From assembly GCA_963666485.2 (NCBI GenBank), contig CAXXUO010000009.1, forward strand, positions 32,001-96,000: a DNA stretch of 64,000 nucleotides, in the 5' to 3' direction. The notes under the pieces are model-generated. The model was not told where the DNA came from. It searched no databases and saw nothing but the letters and a program-made list of their open reading frames with translations. Of this stretch, positions 1-10,043 are shown one piece after another (position 1 is the first letter of the stretch; the number at the start of each line of letters is the position of its first letter). This DNA is from Syntrophorhabdaceae bacterium. Its GTDB lineage: Bacteria > Desulfobacterota > Syntrophorhabdia > Syntrophorhabdales > Syntrophorhabdaceae. The translations under genes were made by a program, and so were the position numbers.

Positions 1-1083
1 ATCCACAAATATCTCGACACCGAAGGAAGAGCCCAGTTTTTTCGCCTTCTCGATGAACTTCGCCGCGGACGCGATCGGGATGATGCTCTCGCTTGCCAGG
101 ATCGTCGGGCCAAGCCGTTTTGTCTTCATCCCGAAAAGGCGCTCGTTCCACAGGTAGCTTGCCACGTATTTGGGTGCCTCTTCCAGCTGGTAATGAGTTT
201 TGACGATCTTCATGAACTCCGCGTCATCCTCTGTGCTTCCGAACTCGACGAGGACCGACGGGCTTTTCTTGAACTCGGTGAGGTGCATGATCTTGTTGAT
301 ATCGTCGAGGTGTGTCGCATCGAGGAACCGGATGACGTTCGGCCGTACCTTGTCGGCCTGCCCTGACCCCATGAACTGGGCGATAAATGAAAAGGCGTCC
401 TTATCGCTTGCGAAGTAGAACAGGTGGGGACAGGACGCGGCGGGGACGTCGCGCAGTTTCAGGTTGACATCGACGATGATCCCGAAAAGGCCTTCCGTGG
501 AGACAAAATGGGCGAACTCAGGGTCGGTCGGGGTCAGCTTTTTCGATTCCCCGAGCGCGGTCACGACCGTCATCGAGACGATCTGTGTTGACAGGTGGCC
601 GTACCGGAGACTGTTTATCCCGTAGCCGCCGGTGGCGATCCAGCCGCCGACCGTCGAGAACTTGCTCGAAGGGTATGTCATCAGGCACAACCCTTCCTTC
701 TTCGCGAGGATGTCGATATCGGCCCAGCGGGCGCCGGCCTCGACCGTGACGGTCTTCTGGCCCTTGTTGAGGTACAGGATCTTCCGAAAAGGGGAAAGGT
801 CAATAACGATCCCCGCATTTGTCGGGATGACCCCGCCGAAGCCCCAGGAAGCGGCGCCCCGCGGAATGACAGGGACCTTATTATCGTTGGCGAACGCGAG
901 GACCTGCTTTATCTCGTCCACATTTCCCGGCTGAACGACAAAGTCGGGCTGCACCTTGAAAAGATTTTTGGTCATGATCGTGGGGACATCCCCGATATCA
1001 TGGCTGTACATCTCTTTCTTTTCCTCTTGTTCGATTATCCTGATGTTTGGTGCGATATTCTTGAATTGGTCTGAAAGTTTCAT
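1..1083 (-). CDS. FAD-binding oxidoreductase (GlcD/FAD_binding_4 type), 5' part; runs off left edge
   Basis: Hand translation from ATG at 1083 gives MKLSDQFKNI...PDFVVQPGNVDEIKQVLAFANDNKVPVIPRGAASWGFGGVIP...GIVIDLS, a typical FAD-binding PCMH motif. Absent from the ORF track because the stop lies outside the window. Confidence 0.85.
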   Translation of the reverse strand, partial: MKLSDQFKNIAPNIRIIEQEEKKEMYSHDIGDVPTIMTKNLFKVQPDFVVQPGNVDEIKQVLAFANDNKVPVIPRGAASWGFGGVIPTNAGIVIDLSPFRKILYLNKGQKTVTVEAGARWADIDILAKKEGLCLMTYPSSKFSTVGGWIATGGYGINSLRYGHLSTQIVSMTVVTALGESKKLTPTDPEFAHFVSTEGLFGIIVDVNLKLRDVPAASCPHLFYFASDKDAFSFIAQFMGSGQADKVRPNVIRFLDATHLDDINKIMHLTEFKKSPSVLVEFGSTEDDAEFMKIVKTHYQLEEAPKYVASYLWNERLFGMKTKRLGPTILASESIIPIASAAKFIEKAKKLGSSFGVEIFVD

Positions 1084-1439
1084 ATTTTCCCTATCCGTTT
1101 AGTAACGCTGTCGATGGCTGCAGTAGTAACTCATGGCCCTATTAATAGCAAAAGAGATGCCAACGGACAATGACCCTCTAAAATCGATTTTTTTCGGCAA
1201 AATGAGGGGTATTTCCGGACAGCAAGCAAAACGGCCGTCTCCGGCACCGGAAAATCGGACAAAAAAACCGTACAATTTTGTACCATTTGAACCGGTAAAA
1301 TACATAATTGTTCACCGAAATTGCCCGGGAACGGTCACTTTTTGGAAGATATGCGGCGGGACGCGTTTCGGGCCGGAGGTGCGCCTAATAATGTTATGAG
1401 ACCCATCCGGGAAACCTTTGCAAAACCGAAAATGGTCTC

Positions 1440-1455
1440 TGGCATATTTTTCGCA
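1440..1455 (+). promoter_or_regulatory. Sigma-54 (-24/-12) promoter of the glnA operon
   Basis: TGGCATATTTTTCGCA: GG at 1441-1442 and GC at 1453-1454 give exact GG-N10-GC spacing, about 90 bp upstream of glnA. Confidence 0.7.
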
Positions 1456-1546
1456 CATATATCCTTCCATAAACAAAGAACCCGCTCCAGTATCTGCATC
1501 CGGACGGGGACACATTAAAAACACGAAAGGACAAGCGAGGGAGATC

Positions 1547-3721
1547 ATGAAAAAATTACAGCCGGTGATCGCATCCGAAAGAACTTATGTCTGCGAAAAG
1601 GAGAAATTTGTTCCCGTATCCGAATACTACGGCGAAGACACTTTCAGCTACAGGGTCATGCAGGAAAAGCTGCCGAAAGACACCTTCAAGAAGCTCATGC
1701 AGTCGATCAACGACAACAAACCGCTCGACATGGAAACAGCCAATATTGCGGCACACGCGATGAAGGAATGGGCCATAGAGAAGGGGGCAACCCACTTTGC
1801 CCACTGGTTCCAGCCCATGACAGGGATCACGGCGGAGAAACACGATGCCTTTGTCGACCCGGTCGGCATCGGCGAGGTTATGGAAAAATTCTCGGGCAAG
1901 CAGCTCGTCCAGGGCGAGCCCGACGCGTCGAGCTTCCCGTCAGGCGGCCTGCGCGCCACGTTCGAGGCAAGGGGATACACCGCGTGGGACATGTCATCCC
2001 CGGCATTTATCAAGAGGACCGGCATTTCGACGACGCTTTGCATCCCGTCGGTCTTCATATCGTACACCGGTGAAGCCCTCGACAAGAAGACGCCGCTTCT
2101 GCGGTCGATCCGCGCGGTCAGCCAGAGCGCTGTCAACATGCTGAAGCTCCTCGGCGCCAGGAACATCCGGAAGGTCACGTCCAATCTCGGCCCCGAACAG
2201 GAATATTTCCTTATCGATATGGATTACTTCTACAAACGCCAGGACCTCGTGCTCGGCGGCCGTACCGTCGTCGGCGCACCGCCTGCGAAAGGCCAGGAGC
2301 TCGAGGACCAGTATTTCGGCTGCATCAAGGAGAGGATATCCTCCTATATGCATGACGTCGAAGAAGAATTGTTCAAGCTCGGCATCCCGGCGAAGACCCG
2401 GCACAACGAGGTCGCGCCGAGCCAGTTCGAGATCGCGCCGGTCTATGAAGAGGCCAACCTCGCGGTCGACCACAACCAGCTCGTCATGGACACGCTGAAA
2501 TCGGTCGCCAAGAAACATAACCTGGCGGCGCTCTTCCACGAAAAACCCTTCGCAGGGATCAACGGGTCCGGCAAGCACGTCAACTGGTCAATTTCGGACA
2601 ACAACGGTAATAACTTGCTCAACCCGGGCAAGACCCCGCACGACAACATTCAGTTCCTCGTGTTTCTCATCGCCACCGTTCGCGCCGTCTACAAGCACGC
2701 GGACATACTTCGCGCGGCCGTCGGTTCGTACGGCAACGACTACAGGCTCGGCGCGAACGAGGCCCCTCCCGCCATCATCTCCGTCTTCCTCGGCGAACAG
2801 CTGACGAGGATCCTCGAGAACATAGAGAAGAGCCAGGCAAGCAAGGCGACCAACAGCGAGATCATCGACCTCGGCGTGTCGTCACTTCCCATCGTCAGCA
2901 AGGACGATACGGACCGCAACCGTACATCACCGTTTGCCTTCACCGGGAACAAGTTCGAGTTCAGGGCCGTCGGTTCGTCGCAGTCGATATCCTTCCCCTC
3001 GGCCGTCATGAACACGATCGTCGCGGAAAGCCTCGACTACCTTGCCGACAGGATCAGGGAAAAGAAGAACGGGAAAGGCACGAGCCAGGCCGTCATCGAG
3101 GTTTTGAAAGAAGAGATAAAGGACATAAAACCGATCCTTTTCAACGGCGACAACTACAGCAAGGAATGGGAAAAAGAGGCCGGCAAACGCGGGCTGCCCA
3201 ACAACAAGACCACCCCGGTGGCATTGAAGGCCCTCGTCACGGAAAAGGCCCTCGATGTGTTTGAAAAATACCAGGTCCTTTCACGGGTCGAGCTCAGCTC
3301 CCGGTACAATATCTACCTCGAAAGGTACATCAAGGACTTCGAGATCGAGGCCAAATGCCTCTCCAACATCTGCCTGAGCCAGGTAATACCGGCAGGGACC
3401 GCGTACCAGAAGATGCTGGCGAGCGCTGTCGTCGCGACGAAGGACGCACTGGGCAACGATGCGGATGTCACGGCCCAGAAAGAACTGCTCCACAAGGTCC
3501 TCGAGCTGATCAACAATATCCACTCCCTGAACAAGAGGATCCAGGCCGGGCTCAAGAAGACCTGCGGCGTCCACGACGAGGTGAAGAAGGCCGATATGCT
3601 TTCAAAGGAAATAAAACCCGAAATGGACGAGCTCAGGGGTTATGTCGATACCCTCGAGACCCTCGTTGACGATGAGATCTGGCCGCTGCCCAAGTTCTGG
3701 GAAATGCTCTTCATAAGCTAA
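1547..3721 (+). CDS. glnA: Glutamine synthetase type III
   Basis: GATHFAHWFQP, GEPDASSFPSGGLRATFEARGYTAWD, HNEVAPSQFE, EKPFAGINGSGKH, RLGANEAPPAI and DRNRTSPFAFTGNKFEFR motifs. Start moved to ATG 1547 after a GAGGGAG RBS. Confidence 0.95.
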   Translation: MKKLQPVIASERTYVCEKEKFVPVSEYYGEDTFSYRVMQEKLPKDTFKKLMQSINDNKPLDMETANIAAHAMKEWAIEKGATHFAHWFQPMTGITAEKHDAFVDPVGIGEVMEKFSGKQLVQGEPDASSFPSGGLRATFEARGYTAWDMSSPAFIKRTGISTTLCIPSVFISYTGEALDKKTPLLRSIRAVSQSAVNMLKLLGARNIRKVTSNLGPEQEYFLIDMDYFYKRQDLVLGGRTVVGAPPAKGQELEDQYFGCIKERISSYMHDVEEELFKLGIPAKTRHNEVAPSQFEIAPVYEEANLAVDHNQLVMDTLKSVAKKHNLAALFHEKPFAGINGSGKHVNWSISDNNGNNLLNPGKTPHDNIQFLVFLIATVRAVYKHADILRAAVGSYGNDYRLGANEAPPAIISVFLGEQLTRILENIEKSQASKATNSEIIDLGVSSLPIVSKDDTDRNRTSPFAFTGNKFEFRAVGSSQSISFPSAVMNTIVAESLDYLADRIREKKNGKGTSQAVIEVLKEEIKDIKPILFNGDNYSKEWEKEAGKRGLPNNKTTPVALKALVTEKALDVFEKYQVLSRVELSSRYNIYLERYIKDFEIEAKCLSNICLSQVIPAGTAYQKMLASAVVATKDALGNDADVTAQKELLHKVLELINNIHSLNKRIQAGLKKTCGVHDEVKKADMLSKEIKPEMDELRGYVDTLETLVDDEIWPLPKFWEMLFIS

Positions 3722-3774
3722 AAGAGCGGACCATAAAGAAGGTCGCGAGAATGACCGAACGGGAAAAGGAAAAT

Positions 3775-5205
3775 ATGCCCTGTACACCGAATAGCAACGA
3801 TCCGGAAAAGCTATACCCGCGCGAGGAATGCGGCGTGTTCGCGATCCACGGGAACGACGACGCCTCGCGGGTAGCTTTTTACGGCCTTTTCGCCCTGCAG
3901 CACCGGGGGCAGGAATCTGCCGGCATCATAAGCTCGGACGGGCGCGACGTGCGGCAGCACAAGGGTATGGGGCTTGCCTCGGAGGTGTTCGGGGAGGAGG
4001 CGCTTCAGCGCCTTCCCGGCCGCCTGGCCATCGGCCACGTCCGCTACTCGACGACCGGGGCGTCGACGCTCATCAATGCCCAGCCTTTTCTCGTCCGTTT
4101 CGAGAACGAGTATTACGCCCTGGCCCATAACGGCAATATCCTGAACGCGCAGAACCTGCGCGAGAAGCTGGAGGCGCGCGGGTCGATCTTCCAATCAACC
4201 ATGGACAGCGAGGTGATCATCCACCTCATGGCGCACCATCTCAAACACGGGTTGGAGCATGCCCTTACCGCGAGCCTTGGCCGTCTCAAGGGCGCTTACA
4301 GCCTCGTTATGATGACCCGCAACAGGATCGTGGCCGCGCGCGACCCCGGGGGTTTCCGGCCGCTGTCGCTCGGTCAGCTGAACGGGAGCTGGGTCGTTGC
4401 CTCCGAGACCTGCGCTTTTGACCTTGTCGGCGCGCAGTATGTCCGGGATGTTGAACCGGGAGAGATCGTTATTATAGATGATGCGGGATTGAAAAGCCTG
4501 AAGCCTTTCCCCGAGGTGAGACGCAGCCACTGCATTTTCGAGCTTGTCTATTTCGCCCGCCCGGACAGCCAGGTATTCGGCCGGAACGTGTACATGTGCC
4601 GCAAACAATTCGGGCACGAACTGGCCCGCGAATACGATCCGCACGTTGACATGATAATACCCTTCCCCGACTCGGGTGTGTACGCCGCGATTGGCTATTC
4701 CGAGGAAAGCGGCGTCCCGTTCGAGATGGGCATGATACGTAACCACTATGTCGGGCGCACATTCATCAACCCGTCGCAGCAGATGCGGGACCTCGGTGTT
4801 CGCGTCAAGTTGAATCCCGTAAAAAGCCTTCTCGAAGGAAAATCGATCCTGATCGTGGACGACTCCATCATCCGCGGGACGACAAGCCGGAACCGCGTGA
4901 AGAACCTGCGGGAAAGCGGCATACGCGAGATCCACATGGCGGTCAGCTGCCCGCCGACAGTATATCCCTGTCCCTACGGGATAGATTTCTCGACAAAAGG
5001 AGAGCTCATAGCGACAAAAAAAGACAGCGAGAAAGCAATCGCCAAATACATTGGCCTGGATTCCCTGCACTATCTTACCCTCGACGGCATGATAAAGGCG
5101 ACGGGCCTCGACAAAAGCTGCTTTTGCCTTGCCTGTTACGATGGCAAGTACCCCGTCACCCCGCCGAGGATCATCAACAAGCACTGCCTGGAATCCTGCC
5201 AGTAA
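3775..5205 (+). CDS. purF: Amidophosphoribosyltransferase
   Basis: Propeptide then EECGVF; LQHRGQESAG; GHVRYST; AHNGN; VDDSIIRGTT PRPP site; C-terminal CFCLAC. Alternative start at 3751. Confidence 0.93.
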   Translation: MPCTPNSNDPEKLYPREECGVFAIHGNDDASRVAFYGLFALQHRGQESAGIISSDGRDVRQHKGMGLASEVFGEEALQRLPGRLAIGHVRYSTTGASTLINAQPFLVRFENEYYALAHNGNILNAQNLREKLEARGSIFQSTMDSEVIIHLMAHHLKHGLEHALTASLGRLKGAYSLVMMTRNRIVAARDPGGFRPLSLGQLNGSWVVASETCAFDLVGAQYVRDVEPGEIVIIDDAGLKSLKPFPEVRRSHCIFELVYFARPDSQVFGRNVYMCRKQFGHELAREYDPHVDMIIPFPDSGVYAAIGYSEESGVPFEMGMIRNHYVGRTFINPSQQMRDLGVRVKLNPVKSLLEGKSILIVDDSIIRGTTSRNRVKNLRESGIREIHMAVSCPPTVYPCPYGIDFSTKGELIATKKDSEKAIAKYIGLDSLHYLTLDGMIKATGLDKSCFCLACYDGKYPVTPPRIINKHCLESCQ

Positions 5206-5224
5206 ATCCTAACGGAGGTGCCTC

Positions 5225-6595
5225 ATGAAAAGATTTATTGCCGTACTGATGCTTTTAAGTTTCATCGCAATGCCCGCCGTGATGTTCGCGCAGGCGCAGA
5301 CCCAGCCCGCAGACGTCAAGCAGCAGCAGGCGGTCGAAGCATCGGACGCTAAGAAGGCACCTGCCAAGGCCGACACCGGCGACACGGCGTGGATGATCGT
5401 GGCGACCGCGCTTGTCATGCTGATGACGCCGGGCCTTGCCTTCTTTTACGGCGGCATGGTCGGGAGAAAGAACATTCTCGGTATCCTGATGCAGTGTTTT
5501 ACGATCCTGTGCCTCATCAGTGTCCAATGGGTGCTCTACGGGTACAGCCTGTCTTTCGCACCCGGAAAGGGCTTCTGGGGAGGCCTCGAGTGGGTGGGGC
5601 TTGCCGGTGTGGGGGCCGCCCCGTTCGCGGATTATGCCCCGACCATCTCGCATCAGCTCTTCATGGTATTCCAGATGATGTTCGCCATCATCACGCCTGC
5701 CCTGATCATCGGGGCCTTCGCGGAACGGATGAAGTTCTCGGCGTTCGTCATCTTCATTCTTCTCTGGGCCACGTTCGTCTATGACCCTGTCTGCCACTGG
5801 GTATGGGGTGTCGGCGGGTGGCTCAAGGAACTCGGCGCCCTCGATTTTGCGGGCGGTACGGTCATTCACATCAACGCCGGCATTGCCGCGCTCATGACGG
5901 CAATATTCATCGGGAAACGCAAGGGAGTGGTAAATCACTCGATACTGCCCCACAATCTGCCCTTCACGATCCTGGGGACCGCACTCTTGTGGTTCGGGTG
6001 GTTCGGCTTTAACGCGGGATCGTCCCTCGGGGCAAACGACGTGGCGGTCAATGCCTTTATCGTCACCAATACGGCTGCGGCCGCGGCAGGCTTGAGCTGG
6101 GCCATCATCGACTGGATATTCAACAAGAAACCCACGATGCTCGGAATGGCGACGGGAGCGGTGGGCGGACTTGTCGCCATCACCCCGGCCGCCGGTTTCG
6201 TGAGCCCCGTTTCCGCGATCATTATCGGCTTCGTCGTCAGCATTATCTGCTACTTTGCCGTGGCATACATCAAACCGCGGCTCGGCTATGACGATGCACT
6301 CGACGTCTTTGGCGTCCACTGCATCGGCGGCATCTGGGGCGCCCTCGCCACAGGGCTTTTCGCTTCGAAGGCCGTAAATCCCGCCGGGGCTGACGGGCTT
6401 TTCTTCGGCAACCCGAAACAGCTGCTGATCCAGGCGATCACGGTCGCTGTGACGCTTGCCTACAGCTTCGTCGCCAGTTTCGTCATATACAAGCTCATCG
6501 ATGTCGTCATGAAGGTGCGTGTGCGGGAAAAAGACGAGATCATAGGCCTTGACCTGACCCAGCACCACGAAAAAGCATATACCGTCCTGGAATAG
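5225..6595 (+). CDS. amtB: Ammonium transporter, copy 1
   Basis: MTPGLAFFYGG, FQMMFAIIT, DFAGGTVIH, WFGWFGFN, DDALDVFGVH; GGAGG RBS. Confidence 0.95.
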   Translation: MKRFIAVLMLLSFIAMPAVMFAQAQTQPADVKQQQAVEASDAKKAPAKADTGDTAWMIVATALVMLMTPGLAFFYGGMVGRKNILGILMQCFTILCLISVQWVLYGYSLSFAPGKGFWGGLEWVGLAGVGAAPFADYAPTISHQLFMVFQMMFAIITPALIIGAFAERMKFSAFVIFILLWATFVYDPVCHWVWGVGGWLKELGALDFAGGTVIHINAGIAALMTAIFIGKRKGVVNHSILPHNLPFTILGTALLWFGWFGFNAGSSLGANDVAVNAFIVTNTAAAAAGLSWAIIDWIFNKKPTMLGMATGAVGGLVAITPAAGFVSPVSAIIIGFVVSIICYFAVAYIKPRLGYDDALDVFGVHCIGGIWGALATGLFASKAVNPAGADGLFFGNPKQLLIQAITVAVTLAYSFVASFVIYKLIDVVMKVRVREKDEIIGLDLTQHHEKAYTVLE

Positions 6596-6606
6596 GAGGG
6601 ATAAAA

Positions 6607-6948
6607 ATGAAACTGATCATAGCCATAATTCAACCTGACAGATTGGAAGCGGTAAAACAGGAGCTTTACAAACAGGAGGTCTTCCTCATAACCGTAAACG
6701 AGGTCCTGGGCCACGGACGGCAGATGGGTGTCGCCGAGGTGTACCGGGGAACCAAGGAAATGGGGAACCTGCTGAGGAAGATACGGCTCGAGATCGCCGT
6801 GAACGAGGATTTCGTCGAGAAAACGATAGGCGCCATCGTGAAGGGCGCCCAGACAGGAGAATCCGGGGACGGCAAGATCTTTATCCTCGACCTTGTCGAA
6901 TGCGTCCGGATCCGGACGGAAGAAAGAGGCAATATCGCCATAGGCTAG
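6607..6948 (+). CDS. glnK: P-II nitrogen regulatory protein
   Basis: GHGRQ, YRG, TGESGDGKIF, RIRT motifs; lies between two amtB genes. Confidence 0.92.
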   Translation: MKLIIAIIQPDRLEAVKQELYKQEVFLITVNEVLGHGRQMGVAEVYRGTKEMGNLLRKIRLEIAVNEDFVEKTIGAIVKGAQTGESGDGKIFILDLVECVRIRTEERGNIAIG

Positions 6949-7023
6949 GGCCCGCCCCCTACAAGGGCCTTGCCGGGTAGAAACGCTCATTTTACCTGCG
7001 GCGAACAAACAGGGAGGTTTTGG

Positions 7024-8376
7024 ATGAAAAAGTTAGCTGTTCTCGTTGTCGCGCTGCTCTTTGTGTGCCTTGCCGTGGCCGTATTTGCACAGGAAGGACA
7101 GGAGGCGCCAGCCAAAACCTCCCTCACGCCGCCCGCCGCGCAGGCAGGCAGGATCGATACCGGCGACACCGCGTGGGTCCTTTTTGCAACCGCGCTCGTC
7201 ATGCTGATGACCCCCGGCCTCGCCTTCTTTTACGGGGGCATGGTCGGCAGGAAGAACGTCCTCGGCGTCCTGATGCAGTGCATTATCATCCTGTGCATCA
7301 TAAGCATCCAGTGGGTGCTTTTCGGGTACAGCCTTTCCTTCGGGCCCGCGCGCGGATTCTGGGGGGGGCTTCAGTGGTTTGGGCTCGCAGGCGTCGGGAC
7401 AGCCCCCAATCCCGATTACGCCGCAACGATACCGCACCAGCTTTTCATGGCCTTCCAGATGATGTTCGCGATCATAACCCCCGCCCTCATCATAGGCGCC
7501 TTTGCGGAGCGCATGAAGTTTTCCGCCTTTGTCATCTTCACCATCCTGTGGGCGACCTTCGTCTACGACCCCGTGTGCCGCTGGGTCTGGGGCTCCGGCG
7601 GATGGCTCAAGGAGATGGGTGTCATCGATTTCGCCGGAGGGATAGTCGTCCACATCAACGCGGGGATAGCGGCTCTCATGACGGCTATCTTCATCGGGAA
7701 GCGCAACGGCGGCAGCAAGGCGATCCTTCCGCACAACCTGCCTTTCACCATACTCGGTACGGGCCTTCTCTGGTTCGGGTGGTTCGGTTTCAATGCCGGA
7801 AGTTCGCTCGGCGCAAACGGCATCGCCGTCAACGCATTCGTGGTCACGAACACCGCCGGGGCTGCCGCGGGGCTTACCTGGGCCATCCTGGACCGGGTCT
7901 TCAATGAAAAACCGACAGTGCTCGGAACCGTTACGGGCGCGGTCGGGGGACTCGCCGCCATCACGCCCGCCGCCGGCTACGTCGGACCGTTCTCGGCGAT
8001 CATCATCGGTGTCGTCGTCAGCCTCCTGTGCTACACGGCAGTATCGGTGCTCAAGCCCCGGTTCGGGTATGACGATGCGCTGGACGTCTTCGGGGTCCAC
8101 TGCATCGGGGGTATCTGGGGAACGATCGCAGCCGGGCTTTTCGCCTCGAAGGCAATCAACCCGGACGGCCCGAACGGGCTCTTCTTCGGGAACCCGAAGC
8201 AGTTCTACGTCCAGCTTCTCGCCGCCGGCGTGACCCTCGCCTACAGCTTCATAGCCAGTTTCATCATATACAAGGCCATCGATATTTTCATGCGTGTCCG
8301 CGTCGGGGAAAAGGAAGAGATCATCGGCCTCGACCTTACCCAACACCACGAGAAGGCATACACGGTCCTCGAATAG
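7024..8376 (+). CDS. amtB: Ammonium transporter, copy 2
   Basis: Close paralogue of 5225-6595 with the same motifs; ATG 7024 follows GGGAGG. Confidence 0.95.
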   Translation: MKKLAVLVVALLFVCLAVAVFAQEGQEAPAKTSLTPPAAQAGRIDTGDTAWVLFATALVMLMTPGLAFFYGGMVGRKNVLGVLMQCIIILCIISIQWVLFGYSLSFGPARGFWGGLQWFGLAGVGTAPNPDYAATIPHQLFMAFQMMFAIITPALIIGAFAERMKFSAFVIFTILWATFVYDPVCRWVWGSGGWLKEMGVIDFAGGIVVHINAGIAALMTAIFIGKRNGGSKAILPHNLPFTILGTGLLWFGWFGFNAGSSLGANGIAVNAFVVTNTAGAAAGLTWAILDRVFNEKPTVLGTVTGAVGGLAAITPAAGYVGPFSAIIIGVVVSLLCYTAVSVLKPRFGYDDALDVFGVHCIGGIWGTIAAGLFASKAINPDGPNGLFFGNPKQFYVQLLAAGVTLAYSFIASFIIYKAIDIFMRVRVGEKEEIIGLDLTQHHEKAYTVLE

Positions 8377-8659
8377 CGGCAATCCGGAAAATCTCATCAT
8401 TTCACCTGCCGTGCATTAGCGGCAAGCTATTGTTCCCGGTCTCGACATGGTAAATATACCCATATTTTCTACACAATAAATCGATACCACATCCGGCCTC
8501 CATTCATGGTAGCATTAGGCACGATTGAGGTTTAAGGGGGCCTGGGGCATCGCGTCATATTTATCCCGAAAAACCAAAACATGGCCTGTCCCTACCCCCA
8601 GTTTTAAAACCCCCGGCATATCTTAAAAATTAATCATATTTGTCCGCACGTAATTTTAG

Positions 8660-8687
8660 TTGACTTGGCCGGTTCACGGGATACAAT
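8660..8687 (+). promoter_or_regulatory. Putative sigma-70 promoter
   Basis: TTGACT-N16-TACAAT, about 28 bp before the ATG at 8715. Confidence 0.5.
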
Positions 8688-8714
8688 AAAATCAGTCCGC
8701 ACCGGGGTCCGCTT

Positions 8715-9506
8715 ATGAATTTTATTGTCTTTTATCTGCTTGTGTTCATCTCCCTGCCGCTCTTCGGGAATTCGGCGCAGGCCGCCGACACGAAACAGCA
8801 ACAGCCCCCGCCGGCGCAAAAGGCCGCTGTGCAGGTCAAGGCCGAGATACGATCGGTAAGCCCGTCGGTCATCCGGACCCAACCGGGAAAAACCGTGTCC
8901 ATAACATTGAACGGTGCGTTCCTCGACAAGGTGTCCGGTATAGTCGTGCTATCCGGCAACAGGAAGGTACCGGATATCCAGGTGACTCTCGGCAGTACCT
9001 CGGATTCAACCCGGCAAGCCTCGCTGCGCGTGGGGCAAAGTGCCAAACCGGGAAAATACGGGGTCCGGGCAACAGCGGCGAACCAGGTGATCGATGTTCC
9101 GCTGAATGTTTTCAGCATAGAGGTCATCCCGGCTGCGCAAGACGGGCCGGGCAGCCCGGCAGGGGCCCGGGGAACGCAGGCCGCTGTGCCGGATACAAAG
9201 CGTGAGCCGACGACAGCAGCGCCCGCGCCTCCGGCTCCCGCATCCGGCAAACCCCAGGCGGCGCAATCCGGCGGGTCTACGACAACACCCGCCATGAAAC
9301 CCGTCGTCGTCGACACTGACAAAATAACGGCGACGGTCAAGGAGACGGCCCCGCCGCTTAAGGCATCGCAGCCCGTCGTAATAACGACGGACAGGATAAC
9401 GGCAACAATAAAACCAACCGCACCGGCGTTATCGGCGACAGAGGCCGTTGTTATCACCACGGACCCACTGACGGCAACCATCAAGAAAACAGAACCCGGT
9501 TATTAG
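8715..9506 (+). CDS. Exported hypothetical protein: Ig/beta-sandwich-like domain, Pro/Ala linker and three C-terminal repeats
   Basis: Signal peptide; beta-rich domain; three VV(V/I)xTDx(I/L)TAT repeats. Confidence 0.7.
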   Translation: MNFIVFYLLVFISLPLFGNSAQAADTKQQQPPPAQKAAVQVKAEIRSVSPSVIRTQPGKTVSITLNGAFLDKVSGIVVLSGNRKVPDIQVTLGSTSDSTRQASLRVGQSAKPGKYGVRATAANQVIDVPLNVFSIEVIPAAQDGPGSPAGARGTQAAVPDTKREPTTAAPAPPAPASGKPQAAQSGGSTTTPAMKPVVVDTDKITATVKETAPPLKASQPVVITTDRITATIKPTAPALSATEAVVITTDPLTATIKKTEPGY

Positions 9507-9538
9507 CGGCAGCCGACGTACAGGAAAGAGGAACGACC

Positions 9539-9985
9539 ATGAAGAACAATACAGCAAGAGCAGTTATATTCTTCCTTTGTATCATGCCCGCTATTTTCGT
9601 CTCGATACCCCTCGGTGCGATCGAACTTACCCTCAATATTCCCGTAGAACTGGTAAACATGCCGGACTCGGTCACCGGAGGATACATACGGTGCCAGGCA
9701 CACGGGGCAAACCGGGTGAGCAATGTACAGTACGGCTCACAATTTCTCGGAGAGAATCAAGTTCGTTTCGATATCAAAGGAACATACAAATCAACGGTGA
9801 AGGTCGTTATCAAGAACGAGCAGCCGAATCCCCCGAATGGCCTGGGTTACAAATGCATGTTATTCCTGTTTGACGCATCGCAAAGGAAGGATGCCGCCGG
9901 CTGGCAGACTGCCGGGGCCGTATTGAACAGATACGCTCTGGACACGTCAAAACCGGTGAAATACGAGGTCTCCGGGATAAGGTAA
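9539..9985 (+). CDS. Exported hypothetical protein
   Basis: GAGG RBS, signal peptide, co-directional with 8715-9506. Confidence 0.65.
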   Translation: MKNNTARAVIFFLCIMPAIFVSIPLGAIELTLNIPVELVNMPDSVTGGYIRCQAHGANRVSNVQYGSQFLGENQVRFDIKGTYKSTVKVVIKNEQPNPPNGLGYKCMLFLFDASQRKDAAGWQTAGAVLNRYALDTSKPVKYEVSGIR

Positions 9986-10043
9986 CAATTGTCCGGGCGC
10001 ATCTGACCGTGAAACGTATCGAGGAACCGGAAGAGTCTACGGA

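Noticed and set aside
1099..1399. Short ORFs in the glnA upstream region
   Set aside because: No convincing RBS or motifs; the region looks like a divergent promoter.
1418..1546. N-terminal extension of glnA from 1418
   Set aside because: It overlaps the sigma-54 promoter; the RBS supports ATG 1547.
4195..8400. Long minus-strand ORFs 4195-5184, 5255-6568 and 7033-8400
   Set aside because: Antisense shadows of purF and amtB in GC-rich DNA with no recognisable motifs; the same applies to most other overlapping ORFs in the track.
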